From contig JAGCRH010000132.1 in the NCBI GenBank assembly GCA_017964785.1, positions 10,910 to 74,909 on the forward strand: DNA of 64,000 nucleotides. Direction: 5' to 3'. Below are positions 1 through 8,200 of the stretch, piece by piece. The position numbers were made by a program, and so were the translations under genes. Under the pieces are notes generated by a model that was not told where the DNA came from, did no database searches, and worked only from the letters and a program-made list of their open reading frames with translations. Every line of letters starts with the position of its first letter. Within the stretch, counting starts at the first letter, position 1. The stretch comes from Prevotella sp. Lineage in GTDB: Bacteria > Bacteroidota > Bacteroidia > Bacteroidales > Bacteroidaceae.

Positions 1-1
1 T

Positions 2-742
2 GCCATCGCCATCGACCCCAGCGATCCAGAGAGTATCCTATCGAAAGCCAACGGTCTGCTCAGGCTGGAGAACTATGAGGAAGCACTGAATTACTTTGAG
101 CGTTACAACGACCTCATCGACGACGATGAGTTCGGCTACCTGCACCAGGGTACCTGCCTGATCAGCCTTGGACGTATGGACGAGGCTGTCGAACGTTTGC
201 GGAAGGCAGCAGAGGTGGCTTCTCCAGACTCCCAGTATCTGCCGGATATCTATCAGGAACTGGCATTCGTCTATAACGAACTGAAGATGCCGGAGACTGC
301 GATCTATTATATCAACAAGACCAAATACCTGGACTGCAACCACAACGATATGGAGGTGATTCGCGGTCATATCCTGTTGGCCAATAACCGCTTGGATGAA
401 GCAGGCGAAGTATTCGAGCGTGCCCTCAAGAACTCTGGCAATGCCCCGAAGACCATGCTGCGTATCATCGTGTCGCTATATGACAACCAGCGTCTCAACG
501 ACACTTACAGACTCTTCAAGAAATATTTCAAATATGTAGACGATGAGTGGAATGAGGGCTATTCATACATGGCACTCTGTTGTAAGGATTTGCATAAGGT
601 GGAGGAATTCCTCACCTATCTGGAACTGGCCACAGAGAAGAATCCCAAGGAAGCGCAGTTCGTGCTGGGACACCTCTTTCCGAAGGGCATGCCTGCGACA
701 GACTACGTCGATTACGTCAGAAACAAAATAAATAAGGAATAA
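2..742 (+). CDS. Tetratricopeptide-repeat (TPR) protein, 5'-truncated by the window edge
   Basis: The frame of ORF 176..742 is open from position 2 (AIAIDPSDPESILSKANGLLRLENYEEALNYF...). It has repeated TPR-like helical motifs (EA...F/Y..AL, ELAFVY, GHILLA). Confidence 0.8.
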   Translation, partial: AIAIDPSDPESILSKANGLLRLENYEEALNYFERYNDLIDDDEFGYLHQGTCLISLGRMDEAVERLRKAAEVASPDSQYLPDIYQELAFVYNELKMPETAIYYINKTKYLDCNHNDMEVIRGHILLANNRLDEAGEVFERALKNSGNAPKTMLRIIVSLYDNQRLNDTYRLFKKYFKYVDDEWNEGYSYMALCCKDLHKVEEFLTYLELATEKNPKEAQFVLGHLFPKGMPATDYVDYVRNKINKE

Positions 743-743
743 A

Positions 744-1373
744 ATGAATTTTATCAGTTCGCTGCTTGGCAATTTGAATTACGGCACGATCCTCTTCCTG
801 ATGCTGTTGGAGAGCACGGTAATACCTGTACCCTCGGAATTTGTTGTAACCCCCGCTGCCTATCATGCTGCCAGCGGACAACTTGATGTGTGGCTCGTCA
901 TCCTCTTCGCCACCATCGGTGCTGACATGGGAGCCACCATCAATTATGTCGTGGCCTACTTTGTTGGACGCCCCGTCATCTACAGTTTTGCCAACAGTAA
1001 ATGGGGAAAGATGTGTCTGCTGAATCAGGAGAAGGTGGAGAAGAGTGAGAAGTACTTCGATGAGCACGGTATCGTGGCTACCCTCACTGGACGCCTCATT
1101 CCCGGCATCCGTCACCTGATATCCATCCCCGCAGGACTGGCCAAGATGAATTACTGGAAATTCCTGCTCTACACCACCATCGGAGCCGGTGCCTGGCATG
1201 CTATCCTTGCAGGTCTGGGCTGGTATCTACACAGCATCGTACCTGAAGACCAACTCAACGACAAGATTGCGGAATATGCCGAGTACATCAAGATCACAAT
1301 CATCGCTTTGGTGCTCCTCGCCATTGCTTATTTCGCCCTAAAATATTATTTCAAGAAAAGAAAATCAGCCTAA
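744..1373 (+). CDS. DedA/SNARE-associated family membrane protein
   Basis: Motifs LESTVIPVPSE, GA..GA.INY..GR and GRLIPGIRHLISIPAG, plus hydrophobic segments. Confidence 0.92.
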   Translation: MNFISSLLGNLNYGTILFLMLLESTVIPVPSEFVVTPAAYHAASGQLDVWLVILFATIGADMGATINYVVAYFVGRPVIYSFANSKWGKMCLLNQEKVEKSEKYFDEHGIVATLTGRLIPGIRHLISIPAGLAKMNYWKFLLYTTIGAGAWHAILAGLGWYLHSIVPEDQLNDKIAEYAEYIKITIIALVLLAIAYFALKYYFKKRKSA

Positions 1374-1419
1374 ACGAAAATTTTTCCGTCAAAAATTCGT
1401 CTGTTTGAAATAAAATGTA

Positions 1420-1427
1420 TATTTTTG
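1420..1427 (+). promoter_or_regulatory. Bacteroidota sigma-A -7 box (TATTTTTG) for the Man-1-P guanylyltransferase gene
   Basis: Matches the TAnnTTTG consensus in the intergenic gap, 34 nt upstream of the ATG. Confidence 0.6.
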
Positions 1428-1461
1428 CAAATTAATAGTATTTGTAGACAGACAGAGAATT

Positions 1462-2529
1462 ATGGCAAAAACGAACAATCATCTGGTCATTATGGCTGGC
1501 GGCGTCGGGAGTCGCTTCTGGCCTATGAGTACTTCTGAGTACCCCAAACAGTTTATTGATGTCCTCGGTGTCGGCAAGACACTGCTACAGTTGACCGTTG
1601 AGAGGTTTGGCGACTTGATTGCCGCAGAAAACATCTGGGTGGTCACCAACCAGAAGTATGCTGCACTTGTTAAGGAGCAGTTGCCCGATATGCCCGAAGG
1701 CAATATACTCTGTGAGCCTTGTCGCCGCAACACGGCACCCTGCATTGCATACGTCAGTTGGCGCATCAAGGCCAGTGACCCGAAGGCCAACATCGTTGTC
1801 ACCCCTAGCGACCATATTGTGACCAACACCGCTGAGTTCCAGCGTGTCATCAGGGAATGCATGAAGTTCACAAGCGAAACAGATGCCATCGTCACACTGG
1901 GTATGAAACCCAACCGTCCTGAGACGGGCTATGGCTATATTCAGGCAGATCTCAGCACAGCCTCGCTGCGCAACAAGGAAATCTACCGTGTAGACTCCTT
2001 CCGTGAGAAACCCAACCTCCAGACTGCACAGGAATATATCAAGAAAAACAACTATTTCTGGAATGCCGGTATTTTCATCTGGAATGTGAACACGATTGTC
2101 AATGCCTTCCGCATCTACCAGCCCTCGATGGCCAAGACCTTTGAGTCGATGTTGCCCATCTACGGCACGCCACAGGAACAGGACACCATCAACGAGCGCT
2201 TCCCCGAATGCGAGAGCATCTCCGTGGACTATGCTATTATGGAGAAAGCCGAGGAGATCTTCGTCTGTCCCGCAGATTTCGGTTGGAGCGACCTTGGCAC
2301 CTGGGGCTCCCTGCACGGACAAAGCAAGAAAGATCTCTATGGCAATGCGTGCATCGGCCCCAACATCGATATCTTCGAAAGTCACAACTGCATCGTGCAT
2401 ACCACCCAGGAGAAGAAGGTGGTCATTCAAGGTCTCGACGGCTATATCGTAGCAGAGAACAATGATACGTTGTTAATATGTAAACTATCCGAAGAACAGC
2501 GCATCAAGCAGTTCTCCGGCGAGAACTAA
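1462..2529 (+). CDS. manC: Mannose-1-phosphate guanylyltransferase
   Basis: Motifs IMAGGVGSRFWPMS, PKQF, EP.RRNTAP, PSDH, ETGYGYI, FREKP, WNAGIF, SVDYAIME, WSDLGTW. Confidence 0.93.
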   Translation: MAKTNNHLVIMAGGVGSRFWPMSTSEYPKQFIDVLGVGKTLLQLTVERFGDLIAAENIWVVTNQKYAALVKEQLPDMPEGNILCEPCRRNTAPCIAYVSWRIKASDPKANIVVTPSDHIVTNTAEFQRVIRECMKFTSETDAIVTLGMKPNRPETGYGYIQADLSTASLRNKEIYRVDSFREKPNLQTAQEYIKKNNYFWNAGIFIWNVNTIVNAFRIYQPSMAKTFESMLPIYGTPQEQDTINERFPECESISVDYAIMEKAEEIFVCPADFGWSDLGTWGSLHGQSKKDLYGNACIGPNIDIFESHNCIVHTTQEKKVVIQGLDGYIVAENNDTLLICKLSEEQRIKQFSGEN

Positions 2530-2535
2530 TGATAT

Positions 2536-2577
2536 AAAAGAAATTAGGGTTCGCAATTGCGAACCCTAATTTCTTTT
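2536..2577. terminator. Bidirectional intrinsic terminator (perfect 42-bp palindrome) between convergent manC and xylA
   Basis: aaaagaaattagggttcgcaa|ttgcgaaccctaatttctttt is a perfect inverted repeat with A/T tails on both sides. Confidence 0.85.
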
Positions 2578-3896
2578 TACTTGCAATAGAGAGCAACGAT
2601 TGTCTCATATTTCTCTTGCTTACCAGAGGTCTGCTTCGGTTCCTCAACCTTCTTGCCGTATTCATAAACCTGCTCGAAGGTCAACTTGCCATCCTCGAAG
2701 TCCTTACCTACACCACTGTCGAAGGAAGCATAGCGAGCCTTCTTCATGGCGGGCAGTTCAGAATTCTCCAGAATGTCAGCGGCATTCATCAGTGCACGAG
2801 CCATCGCATCCATACCACTGATGTGAGCGATGAACAGATCCTCGAGATCGGTTGAGTTACGACGGATCTTGGCATCGAAATTGGTACCGCCATTGCCCAA
2901 ACCACCATTACGGATGATCTCCAGCATAGCCTGTGTTAACTCGAAGTTGTCGATGGGGAATTGGTCGGTATCCCAGCCATTCTGTGCGTCACCACGGTTA
3001 GCATCGATAGAACCCAGCATACCAGCGTCCACAGCACAAGCCAATTCATGCTCGAAGGTGTGACCTGCCAGTGTAGCGTGGTTCACCTCGATGTTTACCT
3101 TGAAGTCCTTGTCCAGACCATGTGCTTTCAAGAAACCAATCACGGTCTCAGTGTCCACATCATACTGGTGCTTAGAAGGCTCCATGGGTTTCGGCTCAAT
3201 CAGGAACGTACCCTTGAAACCCTTACTACGGGCATAGTCGCGAGCCATGCCAAGCATGGTAGCCATGTGCTCCTTCTCGCGCTTCTGGTCGGTATTCAAC
3301 AGACTCATATAACCCTCACGTCCACCCCAGAACACATAGTTGGTACCACCGAGTTTGATGGTGGCATCGATAGAGTTCTTGATTTGAACGATGGCGCGTG
3401 CCACCACATCAAAGTCAGGATTGGTAGAAGCACCGTTGGCATAACGCTTGTTACCGAAGACGTTAGCAGTACCCCAGAGCAACTTAATCTTCGGGAACTG
3501 CTTCATCTTCTCCTGAGCGTAGTCGGTGATTGCCTTCATGCGAGCCTCATACTCAGCGATGGTGGGAGCCTCCTCAACGAGATCCACATCGTGGAAGCAG
3601 AAATACTCGATACCCAGTTTATCCATAATCTCGAAGCCAGCATCCATCTTATCTTTAGCGCGCTGTACGGGATCTGCAGCCTTGTCCCACTCATAACTGC
3701 GGGTCTGACCACCAAACTGGTCAGCACTGGCACCCCCCAGTGTGTGCCACCAAGCCATAGCGAACTTCAGCCAGTCCTTCATCTTCTTTCCCATCACGAC
3801 CTTCTCGGGCTCGTAATAATGGAAAGCCATTACATTCTTACTGTCTTTTCCTTCGAAAGGAATTTTACCAGTAAACGGAAAATACTCTTTTGCCAT
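2577..3896 (-). CDS. xylA: Xylose isomerase (class II)
   Basis: Motifs FAMAWWHT, FCFHDVD, VFWGGREGY, IEPKPMEP.KHQYD.D, NIEVNHATLAGH, GWDTDQF, NFDAK. Confidence 0.98.
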   Translation of the reverse strand: MAKEYFPFTGKIPFEGKDSKNVMAFHYYEPEKVVMGKKMKDWLKFAMAWWHTLGGASADQFGGQTRSYEWDKAADPVQRAKDKMDAGFEIMDKLGIEYFCFHDVDLVEEAPTIAEYEARMKAITDYAQEKMKQFPKIKLLWGTANVFGNKRYANGASTNPDFDVVARAIVQIKNSIDATIKLGGTNYVFWGGREGYMSLLNTDQKREKEHMATMLGMARDYARSKGFKGTFLIEPKPMEPSKHQYDVDTETVIGFLKAHGLDKDFKVNIEVNHATLAGHTFEHELACAVDAGMLGSIDANRGDAQNGWDTDQFPIDNFELTQAMLEIIRNGGLGNGGTNFDAKIRRNSTDLEDLFIAHISGMDAMARALMNAADILENSELPAMKKARYASFDSGVGKDFEDGKLTFEQVYEYGKKVEEPKQTSGKQEKYETIVALYCK

Positions 3897-3923
3897 AATT
3901 GTGTTGATTAAGTTATAAAATGA

Positions 3924-5414
3924 TTAGATATTCTTCTTCAAAGTCTCTTTCCATGCAGCATACGCAGCCTGATACTCGGCACGGTGAGCAGCATCCGGCT
4001 CAATCACCTGCAGTTTGTCAAGCGTAGCGAAAGCCTCCTTGTTGTCCTTGTAGATACCGGCACCGATACCAGCGCCCTTGGCGGCACCCACAGAACCGTC
4101 CGTATCATAGAGTTCGATGGTTGCACCGCTCACCCCTGCCAGTGTGTCACGGAACAACGGACTCAGGAACATATTGGCCTTACCGGCGTGGATATTTTTG
4201 ATATCCATACCCATCTGCTGCATAATCTCCATACCATAGCAGAATGAGAACACGATACCCTCCTGAGCAGCACGAACCAGATGCGCCTTGCTGTGCTTGT
4301 TGAAATTCAGGCCATTGATCGAGCATCCGATCTCCTTGTTCTCCAACACACGCTCAGCACCATTGCCAAACGGAATGATGGTGACGCCCTCACTACCAAT
4401 GGGCACTGAGGCTGCCAAATCGTTCATCTCGGCATAGCCGATCTCTGGCGTGATGTTACGATGCGTCCAGGCATTCAGGATACCCGTACCGTTGATACAC
4501 AGCAACACACCCAGACGGGTCTGGTCTGCACTGTGGTTTACGTGGGCAAACGTATTCACACGACTCTGTTTGTCGTAGTTCACCTCACCCAGCACACCAT
4601 AGACCACACCCGATGTGCCTGCCGTCGCGGCAATCTCACCCGGTTCCAGCACATTCAGTGAAAGTGCATTGTTGGGCTGGTCGCCACCACGATAGGTAAT
4701 CGGTGTTCCTGCCTTCAGTCCCATCTCAGCAGCAGCCTCGGCACTCACCACACTCTGCTCGGCGAAAGTCGGAACGATATCAGCAATCAGTGAACTGTCG
4801 AAACCATAATACTTCATCAGGAAGTCAGCCACATGGTTGTTCTTGAAATCCCAGAACATACCCTCCGACAGACCACTAACCGTTGTATTGGCCACACCAG
4901 ATAGGCGCATGGCGATATAATCACCAGGCAGCATCACCTTATATATATTATTATAGAGGTCAGGCTCATTCTCCTTCACCCAAGCCAGTTTGGCTGCCGT
5001 AAAATTACCCGGAGAGTTCAGCAGATGACTCAGGCACTGGTCGCCCCCCAAATCCTTGAATGCCTTCTCACCGTATGGAACAGCACGGGAATCGCACCAG
5101 ATAATCGACGGACGGAGGGCTTTGAGGTTCTTGTCCACGCATACCAGACCGTGCATCTGATAGGAAATACCAATAGCCTTAATCTCTTCGGCGGTTGCAC
5201 CGGAGTCTGCCATGATCTTTTTCAGACTCAACTTCGCATTGTCCCACCACATCTGAGGATCCTGCTCAGCCCAGCCAGCCTTTACAGCCGTAATGGGGGC
5301 TTCCTTTTCAGGGAAGAAAGCCGTTGCAACACACTTACCACTATCTGCATTCACGAGCGATGCCTTCACAGATGAACTGCCGACATCAAATCCTAATAGA
5401 TATCTATTTGCCAT
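3924..5414 (-). CDS. xylB: Xylulokinase (FGGY family)
   Basis: Motifs LGFDVGSSSVK, GWAEQDP, ISYQMHG, IIWCDSR, GGDQ, GTSG; adjacent to xylA. Start is at 5414 or 5420. Confidence 0.93.
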   Translation of the reverse strand: MANRYLLGFDVGSSSVKASLVNADSGKCVATAFFPEKEAPITAVKAGWAEQDPQMWWDNAKLSLKKIMADSGATAEEIKAIGISYQMHGLVCVDKNLKALRPSIIWCDSRAVPYGEKAFKDLGGDQCLSHLLNSPGNFTAAKLAWVKENEPDLYNNIYKVMLPGDYIAMRLSGVANTTVSGLSEGMFWDFKNNHVADFLMKYYGFDSSLIADIVPTFAEQSVVSAEAAAEMGLKAGTPITYRGGDQPNNALSLNVLEPGEIAATAGTSGVVYGVLGEVNYDKQSRVNTFAHVNHSADQTRLGVLLCINGTGILNAWTHRNITPEIGYAEMNDLAASVPIGSEGVTIIPFGNGAERVLENKEIGCSINGLNFNKHSKAHLVRAAQEGIVFSFCYGMEIMQQMGMDIKNIHAGKANMFLSPLFRDTLAGVSGATIELYDTDGSVGAAKGAGIGAGIYKDNKEAFATLDKLQVIEPDAAHRAEYQAAYAAWKETLKKNI

Positions 5415-5550
5415 AATCAAAATATAATTTTGCTTCTATTTATAGTACGTTTATTGCGCAAATTTCCCCATTTTTTTTCAAATATCCAACTTTTTTGGCA
5501 AAAAAAGTGATTTTTTTACGTAATTTTGAACACAATTAAAATATTTTGTT

Positions 5551-5558
5551 TACCTTTG
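5551..5558 (+). promoter_or_regulatory. -7 box (TACCTTTG) at the head of the polysaccharide core operon
   Basis: TAnnTTTG match, with a TTTG at 5525-5528 as a candidate -33 element. Confidence 0.65.
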
Positions 5559-5600
5559 CACAGATTATTGGCTTATAAGAGCATAAAATAAAATTCATAT

Positions 5601-5966
5601 ATGAAGAAAAAAATCCTAATACTTGACGACAAGGAGACCATCGCAAAGGTGCTCTCCATCTATCTCATGAGCGACTACGACGTGCAGTGGTTGCCCGACG
5701 GATTACAGGGTGTAAAGTGGTTACAGGCAGGTAATACGCCGGATTTGATCATCTCCGACATCCGCATGCCGGGTATGCGTGGTGATGATTTCCTGGAGTG
5801 GATCAAGCAAAATGAACTTTTCAAGCATATACCCGTGATTATGTTGTCCAGCGAGGATTCCACGAGTGAGCGTATCCGACTGCTGGAAATCGGTGCAGAA
5901 GACTATATTGTGAAGCCTTTCAACCCGATGGAGTTAAAAATTCGCGTAAAGAAGATCATTCCATAA
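5601..5966 (+). CDS. Single-domain response regulator (receiver only)
   Basis: Motifs ILILDD, DLIISDIRMP (phospho-acceptor Asp), LSS, DYIVKPF; no output domain. Confidence 0.92.
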   Translation: MKKKILILDDKETIAKVLSIYLMSDYDVQWLPDGLQGVKWLQAGNTPDLIISDIRMPGMRGDDFLEWIKQNELFKHIPVIMLSSEDSTSERIRLLEIGAEDYIVKPFNPMELKIRVKKIIP

Positions 5967-5977
5967 TATAATATTAT

Positions 5978-7183
5978 ATGATAGGTGTAATCTATCTTGG
6001 AACCAATACCGAGACGCAGGAACGTCTGAAATACATTCCGGGGCGCCTTGTTCAGTTCACCGAGAATTACAAGAATGCAGCATCGGCATGCGTGCCTCAC
6101 GTGCGCAACGAGCATTTTATTGTATTCTTCGAGCAGAACGAGCGCAACGAAGACGTGACGGCCATCACCTATATCCGAAAAAAGAGCAAGAATGCCTATA
6201 TCATCCTGCTCACCCGTGACCTCAGTAAAGAAGACCGTGAGATTTATCAGAAGTGTGGTATTAACGATACGATAGCCCTTAACGCCTCTGTGACGGAACT
6301 GAACAAGAAGATCCAGTTCATTGCCGACCGTGAGGGTATGCTCTTCGACGATCAGGCCCCCCGCTACAGGATGCTCCGTTTCAAAATTCCTGTATGGAAA
6401 CGCCTCTTCGACATCTTCTTCTCTGCTTTGGGCATTATCATTCTGTCACCAGTCTTTATCATCACTGCCATTGCCATCCGCTTGGAGAGCAAGGGGCCTG
6501 TGGTATACAAGTCTAAACGCGTAGGTACCAACTATACCATCTTTGACTTCCTGAAGTTCCGTTCTATGTATGTTGACGCAGAACAGCGCTTGAAAGAGGT
6601 GGCCAAGGAGGAAGGCAACCAATATGCCGAAAAAGGTGAAGAAGAGCAGAAGGCCAATATCACCGCTCCGTTGGGTGCTGAGGCCGAGATGATGATGATG
6701 AACATGGGCATGGAGTCCGACATGATGATCAGCGACGACGAGGTGATGCTTGTCGGCGATGACTTTGTCGTGGCAGAAAGCGACTTCAACAAGGAGAAGA
6801 AGGAAGAGATCGAGAATGCCTTTGTCAAGATTGAGAACGACCCGCGTGTCACGAAAGTGGGTAAGTTCATCCGCAAGACCAGTATCGACGAACTCCCTCA
6901 ACTGTTCAATATCCTCAAGGGCGACATGTCCATCGTGGGAAACCGTCCTCTCCCACTCTACGAGGCCGAGAAACTCACTGCAGATGCCAGTATCGACCGT
7001 TTCATGGCCCCCGCAGGCCTCACCGGTCTCTGGCAAGTAGAGGAGCGCGGCAAGGGCGGCATGATGTCCGCCGAGGAGCGCAAGCAACTCGACATCACCT
7101 ATGGTCGCACTTACAGTTTCAAGTTAGATATGCAGATCATTTTCCGCACGTTGACAGGTTTCATGCAAAAAGAAAATGTATAA
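5978..7183 (+). CDS. Priming sugar transferase (Bac_transf, WcaJ/WbaP-type phosphoglycosyltransferase) with a degenerate receiver-like N-terminal domain
   Basis: Motifs KRLFDI, KFRSM, DPRVTKVGKFIRKTSIDELPQLFNILKGDMSIVGNRP and GLTGLWQV. The N-terminal ~120 aa have a receiver-like pattern. Confidence 0.9.
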   Translation: MIGVIYLGTNTETQERLKYIPGRLVQFTENYKNAASACVPHVRNEHFIVFFEQNERNEDVTAITYIRKKSKNAYIILLTRDLSKEDREIYQKCGINDTIALNASVTELNKKIQFIADREGMLFDDQAPRYRMLRFKIPVWKRLFDIFFSALGIIILSPVFIITAIAIRLESKGPVVYKSKRVGTNYTIFDFLKFRSMYVDAEQRLKEVAKEEGNQYAEKGEEEQKANITAPLGAEAEMMMMNMGMESDMMISDDEVMLVGDDFVVAESDFNKEKKEEIENAFVKIENDPRVTKVGKFIRKTSIDELPQLFNILKGDMSIVGNRPLPLYEAEKLTADASIDRFMAPAGLTGLWQVEERGKGGMMSAEERKQLDITYGRTYSFKLDMQIIFRTLTGFMQKENV

Positions 7184-7214
7184 CAAATAAGATAGGAAAC
7201 AATCACAAAAGACA

Positions 7215-8177
7215 ATGAATAGAATAAGTCGTTTAATTGTATTTGCAGCCCTCTCGACCCTGAGCACAGCAACCTATGCCCAGTTTGACGAAAGCGGTAT
7301 TGCTGCAGGATTCTTTGATGGAAGTCAAGAGAACACCATCAATTTTTCCACATTCCATCTCCCGCCATTGGCCGTGCTCTTCGAGAATGCCAAGGCCACC
7401 CCTCAGGTCATGTCCCTCCAAAAGGCTCAGGAAATTGCCGAGGCAGAAGTAGCCAAACAAAAAAGGCATATCTTCTCGTACGTCAATGGCCATGCCAGTT
7501 ATGGCTATGGTAAAACCGACATGTGGGGCCAAGGTCAAAATGAATCGTCTTACATGATTCTTAAACAATATCAGGGTTCTGAGCAGAGTTATTGGAATGT
7601 CGGTGTCAGTTTGGCTGTACCTTTGGAAGACATTTTAGACTTAACTGCTGCAGTGAAACGTAAAAAATTAGAAGTCGATCAAGCCATATATAATAAGGAT
7701 ATGGCGTTTGATCAACTTAAATTACAAATTGCCAGTCTTTTTACAAAAATCACGAATAATCTGATAACCTTAAAAACTGCCAGCGAAAATGCAGCAATTT
7801 ATCAAGGTGCAGGTGCATTAAATTTGGAGGACTTTCATAATGGCAATATGTCAATTGAAGATTTTGCGTGGACAAAAGCAAGAGAAGATGATGCTGTGAC
7901 GTCATACCAAACTATGCAAACCCAAATAATAACAGACATCCTGACTTTAGAGATTATCACTCATACGCCTATACTTACTAATTCAACTACGGAAGTCACT
8001 TTGAGTGATGCTGTCCAAAAGACAGAGAAACAGATTGCCAAAGAAAACAAGAAAGTGGAGAAACGTATTAAAAAGGCAGTTGAAGAAGAAGAGAAAAAGA
8101 TAAACGCTTTAGAAAAAGCAGAGAAGAAAGCAGAAAAGGCTGCAGCCAAAGCAGAAAAGAAAGTAAACAAACAATAA
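7215..8177 (+). CDS. TolC-like outer-membrane efflux-family protein
   Basis: Signal peptide, LPPL..L...A N-terminal motif, a beta-strand pair (GHASYGYG...WNVGVSLAVPL) and long helices; Lys/Glu/Ala-rich C-terminal tail. Confidence 0.65.
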   Translation: MNRISRLIVFAALSTLSTATYAQFDESGIAAGFFDGSQENTINFSTFHLPPLAVLFENAKATPQVMSLQKAQEIAEAEVAKQKRHIFSYVNGHASYGYGKTDMWGQGQNESSYMILKQYQGSEQSYWNVGVSLAVPLEDILDLTAAVKRKKLEVDQAIYNKDMAFDQLKLQIASLFTKITNNLITLKTASENAAIYQGAGALNLEDFHNGNMSIEDFAWTKAREDDAVTSYQTMQTQIITDILTLEIITHTPILTNSTTEVTLSDAVQKTEKQIAKENKKVEKRIKKAVEEEEKKINALEKAEKKAEKAAAKAEKKVNKQ

Positions 8178-8200
8178 TAATCACGTAAAATCATATCATT

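Noticed and set aside
1585-2430. 281-aa ORF antisense to manC, and similar antisense ORFs at 6446-7087 and 58588-59280
   Set aside because: Same-register antisense shadows in GC-rich coding DNA.
2536-2577. Perfect 42-bp palindrome as a mobile or recombination site
   Set aside because: Its position between convergent stop codons and its A/T tails are fully explained by a bidirectional terminator.
2961-3911. 316-aa ORF antisense to xylA
   Set aside because: Shadow ORF caused by the codon bias of a well-supported gene; no motifs.
5421-5600. Invertible promoter upstream of the polysaccharide operon
   Set aside because: No convincing inverted repeat pair beyond A/T runs brackets the -7 box, and there is no recombinase gene in the window.
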